Positions 1-8,594 are shown, counted from the stretch's first letter. The stretch is DNA of 12,496 nucleotides from Fibrobacterota bacterium (GCA_043753995.1 JAYUVP010000290.1:1-12496); one strand, 5' to 3'. The notes: generated by a model not told the origin, from the sequence alone. Numbers and translations: made by a program.

Positions 1-61
1 CCCAAAAGGCGATAGACGAAGCGACGACCATACCAGCAACCGAGAATATTCGAATTTTCAC
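1..61 (-). CDS. 5' end of an exported protein or possible lipoprotein (partial, runs off the window)
   Basis: A GTG at 61..59 overlaps the TGA stop of the upstream lipoprotein gene (GTGA overlap), with GGGGA about 8 nt upstream. It translates as MKIRIFSVAGMVVASSIAFW..., a basic N-terminus plus hydrophobic stretch typical of a signal peptide. Only 20 codons are visible. Confidence 0.55.
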   Translation of the reverse strand, partial: MKIRIFSVAGMVVASSIAFW

Positions 62-1068
62 TGTTTCATCCCCGTAACGGTCGTCGTGTCCATTTTGCAT
101 TGCAAATCCGCTTGGCATTTTTGCCCGAGGGGGCAACCTTCATCATCATCGCAGGAGATCAAGCCCGGAATGTTCAATAGCTTAGTGATATTCGACTCAA
201 TGGCTAGTTCAGCATGGGTTTCGGTGGATTTGGCAACGGCGATCCGAGTCAACTCGACCTTCGGGAAACCGGAAATACCGAGAGCCTTGAGCTGATCCAC
301 CAGAGTCGCCGGAATATCCAGTGACCCATTGTCAGCGACATCGAGGCATTCGATTTTGCCCTTCAATCCCCCATGATGGCTGATGTCAACGGATACAGAA
401 ATGGTGGCAGAGCCTGTATTTGCCTGAGGTACCCATTTCAAGCTCATGGGCTTACCATCGGCCATGGTGATGGTGTCATTCAAAACAGACAATGGGCTTA
501 TTCCCTTAGTGGATAGGGTAAAACTGGTATAGATGCTATCGCCTGTACCCGTGAAGAGGATCGGATCGTTTTCGCTGAATGGCGGATAAACCAAGGTATC
601 GTTTGGAGAGACTTGATAAGACCTGCTCCCCCATTTCAAATCAAAAGAGGCCGAAGTCTTTTTGGTTTTTATTCCCTTGGCCGTGACCGTTCCAATTTTT
701 ATTGCCTCGGGATCTTCTTGGCACTGGTTATTAGCTACACAAATGAAGCCGCTGGAGCAACCAGGAATACAGGAAGGTGCTGATGGGGTGATCACCCGAC
801 AACCGCCAACCAAGGGGCCATGGATGAATGCCACGGGAGATGGCGATGGTTTCGGAGTGAATTTGCCTTCAATCGTTGTATAACCTACAGAAAAATCGGT
901 GGGCACCTTCAAACTGATTAGAAAGCGGCCATAGGCCTTTTGACTTCCTCCAGTTTTTGGAGTCCCATTATCCGTCTCATTCACGCAAGCACCTAGGAAT
1001 AATCCAAGGGGCAAAACCAGGACTCGTGCAGCACCAAACAAAAGTTTCTTCACCGAGGACTCCGTCAT
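58..1068 (-). CDS. Hypothetical Cys-rich lipoprotein (336 aa)
   Basis: Signal peptide ending in a lipobox (LFLGA-C28). Two 4-Cys modules (SCIPGCSSGFICVANNQC; SCDDDEGCPLGQKCQADLQC) and a DISHHGG motif. The ATG directly follows the upstream stop (TAAATG). Confidence 0.8.
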   Translation of the reverse strand: MTESSVKKLLFGAARVLVLPLGLFLGACVNETDNGTPKTGGSQKAYGRFLISLKVPTDFSVGYTTIEGKFTPKPSPSPVAFIHGPLVGGCRVITPSAPSCIPGCSSGFICVANNQCQEDPEAIKIGTVTAKGIKTKKTSASFDLKWGSRSYQVSPNDTLVYPPFSENDPILFTGTGDSIYTSFTLSTKGISPLSVLNDTITMADGKPMSLKWVPQANTGSATISVSVDISHHGGLKGKIECLDVADNGSLDIPATLVDQLKALGISGFPKVELTRIAVAKSTETHAELAIESNITKLLNIPGLISCDDDEGCPLGQKCQADLQCKMDTTTVTGMKQ

Positions 1069-2439
1069 TTATGGATTGAGAGCGAAACAGTAAAAGCCGC
1101 CATAACCGCCATTAGAACCGATAATGGAGCCGGTGGCCGAAGCCTGGCCACCTGTATTGTCGAAGTGGTATCCGGCAGCGCAACCTTGCGCGCTAAAAGT
1201 CGACATCCAATTCGAGCCACTACCGCTACCCCCACCGCCTCGCGGCCAAGCAAAGCCGCAGCTGGGCTTGCCATTTGCCGTGGTACCTTCGGCCGTCGTC
1301 CAATCCTTGCAAGTCGCCGTAGCCGAGGCCAAGGTGCCTGTCGTACTAGAACCTGTGACCATGTGATGATTGTCCACCGCAGGTTGGCCGGGAACTGGGG
1401 TGTGATTGGGTGTGCCATCCTCGTTCGGCAAATCATTCTGAATGTTGACGTCTCCGTTTTGCGGACGTACAGCCAAAAGATCAGCCTTTTTCGGAGCTAA
1501 AAGACGCCCGGTGCGATCGTACCAAGGGCCGTCACCGACTCGGTCTATGGCATTCACCTGCTTGCCTGAGGCATCCGCCGTGACGCTTAGGAAGGCTCGC
1601 CATCCTTTGACTGAGGAACCCGGCATGCTTTTCTCGGCAACCGTGGCGCAGATTTTGTCGGCTCCGCGTAATCCGGCGCCCGCGCCGGTTTCTCCGAAAC
1701 GGAAATCGCCGCCGAAGCCATTATTGTTTTTGGAAAGTTCCTGCATGGCTTTTTGGCTGACGATGAAGAAGCTGAATTTGGTCGCGCCTTCCTTCAGCAT
1801 TTTGATTTTGATATTGGCCGAATCCGAATTCGATACCGTCACATAGGCCTTTAAGAAGCCCGACTTGGTGGTGGTGATGACATCATAAAGCGCCGCTGCG
1901 GTTCGCCCTGTTTTCGACAAGGCCGCACCTTGATTCACACTTTGCATGCCAAGTGTGACTCCTTGACTTTTGCTGCCTAAGGAAAAAGCACTGACCAGAG
2001 TCTCCCGGTCACCGACTTTCACCCTAAAAAAGCATACCCCGGATTCCAATCGCGGCAAAGCCAGAGTTCGCGACCCGGCATCGACGACGCGGCGGAGAGT
2101 CGAAAGGATTTCGCCCTTGAGTCCGAAAGCGATGACCGTGACTTCGGACTTCTCTTCGACGGAAAGGAAAAGCAAGCCTTCGCGAAGCGTGACCATGGGG
2201 ACCCGGCCAAGGTCATTGCGGTTGGCACTTGTTCCACTCGTCAAGGTAAAGCTTCCGTCCGCGGCGCTAGTGGCCGTGATGCCTTTGCCCTCCAACTTGA
2301 CGGTCGCCGCCGATATGGGAGTACCCGCCGAATCGGTTACCGTACCACGGAGGTTAACACTCGCGTCTTGTGCAAAACCAGGTGCGGCTGAAATCGCCAG
2401 GAATATCGAGAGTGAAAATCGAAAAGTGGGTTGACTCAT
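1069..2439 (-). CDS. Secreted multidomain protein: carboxypeptidase-regulatory-like N-domain, internal sorting-domain-like segment, C-terminal endostatin-like/DUF1554-like domain
   Basis: Sec signal peptide (..APGFA/QD) and GGTGAGG RBS. The N-domain reads 'LRGTVTDSAGTPISAATVKL...ATSAADGSFTL'. The C-domain carries GLRGADKIC, WRAFLS, NAIDRVGDGPWY, TCKDWT and GGFYCFA, motifs typical of bacterial endostatin/collagen-NC1-like (lectin-like) domains. Confidence 0.8.
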   Translation of the reverse strand: MSQPTFRFSLSIFLAISAAPGFAQDASVNLRGTVTDSAGTPISAATVKLEGKGITATSAADGSFTLTSGTSANRNDLGRVPMVTLREGLLFLSVEEKSEVTVIAFGLKGEILSTLRRVVDAGSRTLALPRLESGVCFFRVKVGDRETLVSAFSLGSKSQGVTLGMQSVNQGAALSKTGRTAAALYDVITTTKSGFLKAYVTVSNSDSANIKIKMLKEGATKFSFFIVSQKAMQELSKNNNGFGGDFRFGETGAGAGLRGADKICATVAEKSMPGSSVKGWRAFLSVTADASGKQVNAIDRVGDGPWYDRTGRLLAPKKADLLAVRPQNGDVNIQNDLPNEDGTPNHTPVPGQPAVDNHHMVTGSSTTGTLASATATCKDWTTAEGTTANGKPSCGFAWPRGGGGSGSGSNWMSTFSAQGCAAGYHFDNTGGQASATGSIIGSNGGYGGFYCFALNP

Positions 2440-2614
2440 AAGGCCTCACCAAAGGGTGTGCAAACACGTGTAATCATCAGGTAATAATTCCGAAACATCA
2501 TTATAACTGAGATAGGTTAATCAGAAATGCTTTTTTGTCCCCAGTTCGCCGAACCATTTGGTATACCCCTGGGATGGATACGTACCGATTCCCGCTGGCA
2601 TCCGGTGCGATAGA

Positions 2615-3808
2615 TTAAGGCATCAAGAGAATTTTTCGAAGCAAGCGATGATTTCTGTCTTCGACTCTGACGAAAATCAGACCATTGCCCTGCATGTCTA
2701 TCAAAACGGGGGCCATCAGGTTTTGGTAAATCGCGAGAGTGCGGCCCGAGACATCATGTACGCGAATGTCCGCACCCGGGGAAAGGCCCAATTCATCAGG
2801 GTTTAATTCCAAGGTGCGAGGGCGAGGGCTTGGTCCTGGTTTAGGAATCTCAGGCGGAACCACCTTGAAGGTGTCGCTGAAAACCTCGAAGCTGTCTATC
2901 ACCGCATTGTGAATGTTTTTGAAATAAAATCTTGCCTTACGGGGATTGTCATCGACATGAAAGGTTGCGAATAAGGCCCCTGGCACGGCGCCCTGAGTTG
3001 CGGTATACACCTTGGCCCACCAGTCGCCAAAGCGGTATTGCGGCCGGATTTCGGGCGACCCACCCAATCCGGAAACAAAGGCGAAGGTACGGCCCGGGCG
3101 TATTCGCAAGGGACCGCTACGAGAGGCTACAACTTGGTTTTGCATGCTGCTAAGCAAGTGCGTCCGGCTATAGGTATGCTCGTGAGCCGTGGCAATGATC
3201 GCACCGCCGAGGCGGCTTTGTTCGTAAACGCCCCAGCCCGCTTCGTCGCCCTTACTGCCCACTTGCATCAGGGCTTGATTGACATGCCAGGCCGAAATTT
3301 TCCAAATCGAGGTGTCGGCGGTGAGTTGGGTACGTATGAATTCGGGATAACCCGTACCCAATAAGCCGGGAGCCGTGAGGACAAAGAAAATGCCTTGGTA
3401 GTGGAAGGAGCATTTCACGCCCGCTTCCCCTTTCACGCTAACACCCATTTTCGCCAAGCGTTCACGAATGAACTGGTAATATCCACCGGTGCCTGGCCAA
3501 CCGAGTAAATCATGGTTGCCAACTACGGCGATTTGCGGGAAATCTGGCCCTAAAATGCGATTGGTTTGGTCTTCCCATGCCGCCGGGTTGTCGGTGTAAT
3601 CGAAGTCGCCAAGATGCACCAGGGCATGACTTCCCTCGCGCTTGACTAATTGCAAGGTGGCCTCGGAGCCCGGGCCTAAGCCTTGATCACCCAAAAAGGC
3701 AATCTTGAAATCTTTAGGCGGGTATTCATTGGCCGCTACCAAACCCAAGGCCAAGGCAAACATGGCAAAAGACGCCATGGCTTTGGCGAGAGGTTTGGCA
3801 ATCATCAT
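2615..3808 (-). CDS. Secreted metallophosphoesterase (purple acid phosphatase-like) with a C-terminal secretion/sorting-like domain
   Basis: Signal peptide followed by five calcineurin/PAP-type motifs in order: GDQG, GDFDY, GNHD, SAWH and AHEH. A Pro-rich linker (VPPEIPKPGPSPRP) precedes a ~65-aa C-terminal domain (IRVHDVSGRTL...GLIFVRV...RKILLMP). Confidence 0.85.
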   Translation of the reverse strand: MMIAKPLAKAMASFAMFALALGLVAANEYPPKDFKIAFLGDQGLGPGSEATLQLVKREGSHALVHLGDFDYTDNPAAWEDQTNRILGPDFPQIAVVGNHDLLGWPGTGGYYQFIRERLAKMGVSVKGEAGVKCSFHYQGIFFVLTAPGLLGTGYPEFIRTQLTADTSIWKISAWHVNQALMQVGSKGDEAGWGVYEQSRLGGAIIATAHEHTYSRTHLLSSMQNQVVASRSGPLRIRPGRTFAFVSGLGGSPEIRPQYRFGDWWAKVYTATQGAVPGALFATFHVDDNPRKARFYFKNIHNAVIDSFEVFSDTFKVVPPEIPKPGPSPRPRTLELNPDELGLSPGADIRVHDVSGRTLAIYQNLMAPVLIDMQGNGLIFVRVEDRNHRLLRKILLMP

Positions 3809-3884
3809 GACAAACCATATATCATTTTTTTGAAAAACCCATGCCGCTCAGAGAAAATCGCAGCGACAAGATGTCCTTTTTCCG

Positions 3885-5303
3885 CTATACCCCGATGCTA
3901 CCCGCATGTCTTGGAAATGGAATCACATCGCGAATATTGTTCATTCCACTCACGAATTGCACGAGACGTTCAAAGCCAAGGCCAAAGCCTGCATGGGGCA
4001 CCGTGCCGAAGCGCCTCAAGTCCAAATACCAGTCCAGCGACTGGGCATGAATACCCATTTCTTGCATGCGGCGGGTGAGCACGTCCAGGCGCTCTTCGCG
4101 CTGGGCTCCCCCGATGATTTCCCCGATTTGTGGCACCAGGACATCCATGGCACGCACGGTTTTGCCATCCTCATTGAGGCGCATGTAAAAGGCCTTGATG
4201 TCTTTGGGATAGTCGGTCAAAATAACGGGAGCAGCCGCCAGCTTTTCCGAAAGCCAGCGCTCATGTTCGCTTTGCAAATCATGGCCCCATTCCACAGGGT
4301 ACTGGAATTTAATCCCGCTTTGCTTGAGCTTGGCCACGGCTTCGGTATAAGTCATATGCACAAAAGGCCTCACCACGACGTCTTCCAAGGCCTGGCGTAA
4401 CCCTGGCGCTACCCGTTGCTCGAAGAACTCCAATTCCTTGGGACATTTTTCTAAAGCCGTCGCCAGCAAATGCTTTAGAAAAGCTTCGGCCACGGTCTTG
4501 TTTTGCTCCAAGTCGGCAAAAGCCATTTCGGGTTCAACCATCCAAAATTCGGCGAGATGTCGCGAGGTATGGGAGTTCTCAGCGCGAAAAGTGGGACCGA
4601 AGGTGTAAATGTCGCCGATGGCGCAGGCATAGGCCTCGCCTTCCAATTGGCCCGACACCGTGAGATTCACTGACTTGCCGAAAAAGTCTTCCTTGTTGTC
4701 CACGGGCTTGCCGCCCTTCGCCAAGGCATCGAGATCCAAGGTCGTTGCGCGAAACATATTGCCCGCGCCTTCGGCATCATTGGCCGTCAAAATCGGCGTA
4801 TGCAACCAAGTGAAGCCGCGCTCCTGGAAAAAGCCATGCACCGCCATCGACAGCACATTTCGCAAGCGCATTAATGCGGCGAAAGTATTGGTGCGTCCCC
4901 GCAAATGCGTGACCTCGCGCAAATACTCATAGGTCATTTTCTGTTTAGCGATAGGATAAGCCAGCGGATCGCATGTCCCAAGTAGGGAAACCGAGTCGGC
5001 TTGCACTTCCACTTTTTGCTTGCCTCCCTGAGAAGCGACCAGTCGGCCAATCACCTCAATAGACGTTCCAGGGTAAAGCTGAGGGACCACTTCGCTATAG
5101 CCGGACCAAGTGGTCGGCACCACGACTTGAAGATTTTCAAAAGTCGAGCCGTCATTAACCTCGACAAAGGCCACCCCGGCCTTGCTTTCCCGTCGAGTCC
5201 GTACCCAGCCCAGAATCTGCAAGATTTCGGCCTTGGGTTCTGCATGTAAAAGACCGGCAACTCGCCGACGCGGAGGCTTCGAGTTTTCTGAGGACGGGGA
5301 CAT
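3885..5303 (-). CDS. asnS: Asparagine--tRNA ligase
   Basis: OB-fold (GWVRTRR, FVEVNDGS), DAEGAG, LTVSGQL, motif 2 FGPTFRAENSHTSRHLAEFWMVEPE, and motif 3 PHAGFGLGFERL...NIRDVIPFPR. GGGAG RBS upstream. Confidence 0.97.
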   Translation of the reverse strand: MSPSSENSKPPRRRVAGLLHAEPKAEILQILGWVRTRRESKAGVAFVEVNDGSTFENLQVVVPTTWSGYSEVVPQLYPGTSIEVIGRLVASQGGKQKVEVQADSVSLLGTCDPLAYPIAKQKMTYEYLREVTHLRGRTNTFAALMRLRNVLSMAVHGFFQERGFTWLHTPILTANDAEGAGNMFRATTLDLDALAKGGKPVDNKEDFFGKSVNLTVSGQLEGEAYACAIGDIYTFGPTFRAENSHTSRHLAEFWMVEPEMAFADLEQNKTVAEAFLKHLLATALEKCPKELEFFEQRVAPGLRQALEDVVVRPFVHMTYTEAVAKLKQSGIKFQYPVEWGHDLQSEHERWLSEKLAAAPVILTDYPKDIKAFYMRLNEDGKTVRAMDVLVPQIGEIIGGAQREERLDVLTRRMQEMGIHAQSLDWYLDLRRFGTVPHAGFGLGFERLVQFVSGMNNIRDVIPFPRHAGSIGV

Positions 5304-5388
5304 AAAGGCTCCCTAAGGATTATGGCTTTACCAAAGCTCTAAGTTTCGGCCATATAATAGCTTAGAGAAAAGTCCCTAGGCCACTTTG

Positions 5389-5415
5389 AATTATCCACCA
5401 ATCTAGTAGATGATT
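5389..5415. promoter_or_regulatory. Imperfect palindrome, candidate Rrf2/IscR-family operator upstream of the nifU-suf operon
   Basis: AATTATCCACCA-atc-TAGTAGATGATT: 12-bp arms match at 9 of 12 positions around a 3-nt spacer. It overlaps a -35-like TTGAAT (5386-5391) and ends 16 nt before the ATG at 5432. Confidence 0.4.
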
Positions 5416-5431
5416 ATTGTAAATTAGGACT

Positions 5432-6256
5432 ATGTCCGAAAGTGCTTCTCCTACCCCCTCACCTGAAGGCGGCCTTTCGGCCACGGCAGTGCCTGTCCAA
5501 GTTGTAGCCGCACCGCATTCGCGCAAGGTGGAGGCCCTGGCCTCTTCGCCACGCCATCGCGGCGCCTTCTTCACTGAGGATGCCACCACCAAGGATTTAG
5601 CCTTGGTCACGGCCAAGCATAAGGACATCAAGGTTTATTGGCTTATCGATCCCGAGTCCGATCGAATTTACGATGCGAAGTTTTTCAGCTATGGCGGCCC
5701 CATTTCCATGGCCATGGGCGATACCCTTTGCGACATGGTACGCGGAATCAAACTCGATGATGCCTTGGCCCTAGGCATAGCCGACATCGAAACCAAACTT
5801 CGCGACTTGCCCGACCAACCAGCAACCCTCGCTCCAGCGGAGGAGGCCTTCGCCAATTTGCTTCCTCTGCTCAAGACGGCAGGCGATGCTTTTCCTGCAG
5901 CCAAGGCCCTGGCCTTGGCCAGCATACAGCTCAAGAAAAGCGAAGCCGAAAGACCTTCGGCTTTTGAAAACCTCACGGCCCGCGACGAAGCCTGGCTGGC
6001 CACACCCAAAGAATCTCAGATTCAAAGCATTGAAGCCTTGATCACACGCGACATTCGCCCCGGCCTAAACATGGACGGCGGAGACATGGAAATTGTCGAA
6101 CTCGAAGAAGGACGCAAACTGACCATTCGCTATCAGGGCGCTTGCGGCGGTTGCGGCTCAGCCACCGGGGCAACACTTTCCTATATCGAAGACACCTTGC
6201 GACGCGAACTTTTTGCGGGCCTGCAGGTGATTCCAGTAGACTTGCATAACCATTGA
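5432..6256 (+). CDS. NifU-like Fe-S biogenesis protein: degenerate IscU-like N-domain plus C-terminal Nfu (CxxC) domain
   Basis: C-terminal 'IRPGLNMDGGDMEIVEL...YQGACGGCGSATGATL' is the Nfu/NifU-C signature. N-terminal 'YWLID...IYDAKFFSYGGP' follows the IscU/NifU_N fold pattern. TAGGA RBS. Confidence 0.85.
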   Translation: MSESASPTPSPEGGLSATAVPVQVVAAPHSRKVEALASSPRHRGAFFTEDATTKDLALVTAKHKDIKVYWLIDPESDRIYDAKFFSYGGPISMAMGDTLCDMVRGIKLDDALALGIADIETKLRDLPDQPATLAPAEEAFANLLPLLKTAGDAFPAAKALALASIQLKKSEAERPSAFENLTARDEAWLATPKESQIQSIEALITRDIRPGLNMDGGDMEIVELEEGRKLTIRYQGACGGCGSATGATLSYIEDTLRRELFAGLQVIPVDLHNH

Positions 6257-6266
6257 TGGCAGAAGA

Positions 6267-6287
6267 GCTTAGCGAATATCGCTAAGC
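6267..6287. other. Perfect 9-bp inverted repeat (hairpin) between the nifU-like gene and sufB
   Basis: GCTTAGCGA-ATA-TCGCTAAGC, with no U-tract on either side. Confidence 0.6.
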
Positions 6288-6307
6288 GCAGGCCTCAGTA
6301 GGGACAT

Positions 6308-7753
6308 ATGGACAGTACCCCCACCACCGGCGAGTTTTCCGCCAAAGATTATGAATACGGTTTCACCACGCCGGTGGAAATGGAAACCCTCAAGCGGGGT
6401 TTGAGCGAAGACGTTATCCGCGCCATCTCGGCCAAGAAAAACGAACCCCCTTTCCTTCTCGACTTTCGCCTGAAAGCCTATCGCAAATGGCTGACCATGA
6501 CCGAGCCGACTTGGGCTGCGGTCGATTATCCCCCCATCGATTATCAGGATATCGTTTATTTCGCGGCGCCTAAGCAAAAGGCCACCGTCAACAGCCTCGA
6601 AGAAATCGATCCCGAGATATTGAAAACCTTTGCGCGTCTGGGCATTCCCCTGGATGAGCAGAAAAAGTTGGCCAATGTGGCCGTCGACGCCGTCTTTGAT
6701 AGCGTCAGCGTGGCCACCACCCACAAGAAAAAACTGCTGGAGCATGGTGTTATTTTCTGCTCCATTTCCGAGGCCGTCAAAGAATATCCCGAGCTTATCG
6801 AAGCCTATCTCGGCACCGTGGTTCCCATCGGCGACAACTTTTATGCGGCCCTGAATTCCGCCGTCTTCACCGATGGGTCTTTCGTTTACATACCACCCAA
6901 TACCAAATGCCCCATGGAGCTTTCGACTTATTTCCGCATCAATACGGAAGAGTCTGGGCAATTCGAGCGGACCTTGATTGTCGCCGCCGAAGGCAGCTAT
7001 GTCAGCTATCTCGAAGGCTGCACGGCGCCCAAATTCGACACCAATCAATTGCATGCCGCCGTGGTCGAACTGGTCACTTTGGACAATGCCGAAATCAAAT
7101 ACAGCACGGTGCAAAACTGGTATGCGGGCGACCCTGAAACCGGTAAAGGTGGCATTTTCAATTTCGTCACCAAGCGCGGCAAGTGCCTGGGCAAAAAATC
7201 CAAGATCAGCTGGACCCAAGTCGAAACCGGCTCGGCCATTACCTGGAAATACCCGAGCTGCATTCTCGTCGGTGACGACAGCGTGGGCGAATTCTATTCG
7301 GTGGCCTTGACCAATGGTCGCATGCAGGCCGACACCGGCACCAAGATGATTCACTTGGGCAAAAACACCCGCTCCTTGATTGTCAGCAAGGGCATCTCAG
7401 CCGACCATAGCAGCAATGCCTATCGCGGCTTGGTGCGCATCGCCAAAAATGCCGTCGGCGCGAGAAATTTCAGCCAATGCGATAGCATGCTTGTGGGCGA
7501 AAATTGCGGAGCGCATACCTTCCCAGTGATTGAATCCTCAAATCCTCAGGCCGTAGTGGAGCATGAAGCCTCGACATCGAAAATCAGCGAGGACCAGCTT
7601 TTCTATTTGCAATCGCGGGGCTTGACCCGGGAAGATGCAATTCAGCTCATCATCAACGGTTTTTGCCAACAGGTCTTTCAGCAATTGCCTATGGAATTCG
7701 CCGTCGAGGCCCAAAAGCTGCTAGCTCTTAAACTCGAAAACAGCGTGGGCTAG
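6308..7753 (+). CDS. sufB: Fe-S cluster assembly scaffold SufB
   Basis: YEYGF..., [76 protein letters not shown] and a C-terminal LENSVG. Confidence 0.98.
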   Translation: MDSTPTTGEFSAKDYEYGFTTPVEMETLKRGLSEDVIRAISAKKNEPPFLLDFRLKAYRKWLTMTEPTWAAVDYPPIDYQDIVYFAAPKQKATVNSLEEIDPEILKTFARLGIPLDEQKKLANVAVDAVFDSVSVATTHKKKLLEHGVIFCSISEAVKEYPELIEAYLGTVVPIGDNFYAALNSAVFTDGSFVYIPPNTKCPMELSTYFRINTEESGQFERTLIVAAEGSYVSYLEGCTAPKFDTNQLHAAVVELVTLDNAEIKYSTVQNWYAGDPETGKGGIFNFVTKRGKCLGKKSKISWTQVETGSAITWKYPSCILVGDDSVGEFYSVALTNGRMQADTGTKMIHLGKNTRSLIVSKGISADHSSNAYRGLVRIAKNAVGARNFSQCDSMLVGENCGAHTFPVIESSNPQAVVEHEASTSKISEDQLFYLQSRGLTREDAIQLIINGFCQQVFQQLPMEFAVEAQKLLALKLENSVG

Positions 7754-7811
7754 GCCGAAGCAATTCAGGCCACCAAATCGCCCTAAAGCCCGAGAATCAG
7801 GAATACCTATC

Positions 7812-8594
7812 ATGTTCGCCGCACCCCTTTCCCCCTCCCTACTCAGCATACGCGACTTGCATGCCTCCATCGATGGCCAAGCCATTTTGAAAGGCATTAA
7901 CCTTGAATTGAAGGCTGGCGAGGTGCATGCCATCATGGGCCCCAATGGCTCGGGTAAAAGCACGCTTTCCAAAATTCTCGCAGGGCATCCCGACTACACG
8001 GTCACTGGCGGCAGCGTCACCTTTCAAGACCAAGACCTTTTGCCCCTCGCAGCGGATGAGCGGGCGCGTCGCGGAATTTTCTTGGGCTATCAATACCCCG
8101 TCGAAGTGCCCGGTGTGAACAATGCCGAATTCTTGCGCATGACGGCCAATGCCCGGCGCAAACAGCGCGGTCTCGAAGAATGGGACCCCATGGACTTTCA
8201 GCAAGTCTTGGCAGACAAGATGAAAGCCCTCGACATGGACGAACGCTATCGCGACCGGGCCGTGAATGAAGGCTTTTCCGGGGGCGAAAAGAAGCGTAAT
8301 GAAATTCTGCAAATGGCGCTCCTAGAACCAGTTATAGCGGTTCTCGACGAAACGGATTCGGGTCTCGACATCGATGCCTTGCGCATTGTCGCCGCTGGCA
8401 TTAATGCCCTGCGTAGCCCCGACCGCGCCCTGCTGCTCATCACCCATTATCAGCGCTTGCTCGACTATGTGCACCCCGACTTTGTGCATGTCCTCGCAGG
8501 CGGTCGTATTCTCAAATCGGGCGATAAAGACTTGGCCCTTGAATTGGAAAAGCGCGGCTATGACTGGCTGCTGGAACCTGCGGCGGTCGCATGA
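7812..8594 (+). CDS. sufC: Fe-S cluster assembly ABC-type ATPase SufC
   Basis: Walker A GPNGSGKST, QYPVEVPGV, NEGFSGGEKKRNEILQ, Walker B LDETDSGLDIDAL and ITHYQRLL. Confidence 0.98.
   Translation: MFAAPLSPSLLSIRDLHASIDGQAILKGINLELKAGEVHAIMGPNGSGKSTLSKILAGHPDYTVTGGSVTFQDQDLLPLAADERARRGIFLGYQYPVEVPGVNNAEFLRMTANARRKQRGLEEWDPMDFQQVLADKMKALDMDERYRDRAVNEGFSGGEKKRNEILQMALLEPVIAVLDETDSGLDIDALRIVAAGINALRSPDRALLLITHYQRLLDYVHPDFVHVLAGGRILKSGDKDLALELEKRGYDWLLEPAAVA

Noticed and set aside
2500..2505. Minus-strand TATAAT upstream of the 456-aa gene
   Set aside because: It is a plausible -10, but there is no convincing -35 at proper spacing, so it was not called as a feature.
86..5260. Numerous short overlapping ORFs (e.g. 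1970..2434+, 3906..4400+, 1065..1436-, 2558..2806+)
   Set aside because: They overlap longer, motif-supported genes and show no protein-like signatures.
5391..5399. DnaA-box-like TTATCCACC
   Set aside because: It is a single 8/9 match with no box cluster or dnaA nearby, and is better explained as one arm of the palindrome.
6269..7354. 361-aa antisense ORF
   Set aside because: It lies almost entirely opposite the highly conserved sufB and has no recognisable motifs. It is a typical shadow ORF arising from codon bias.
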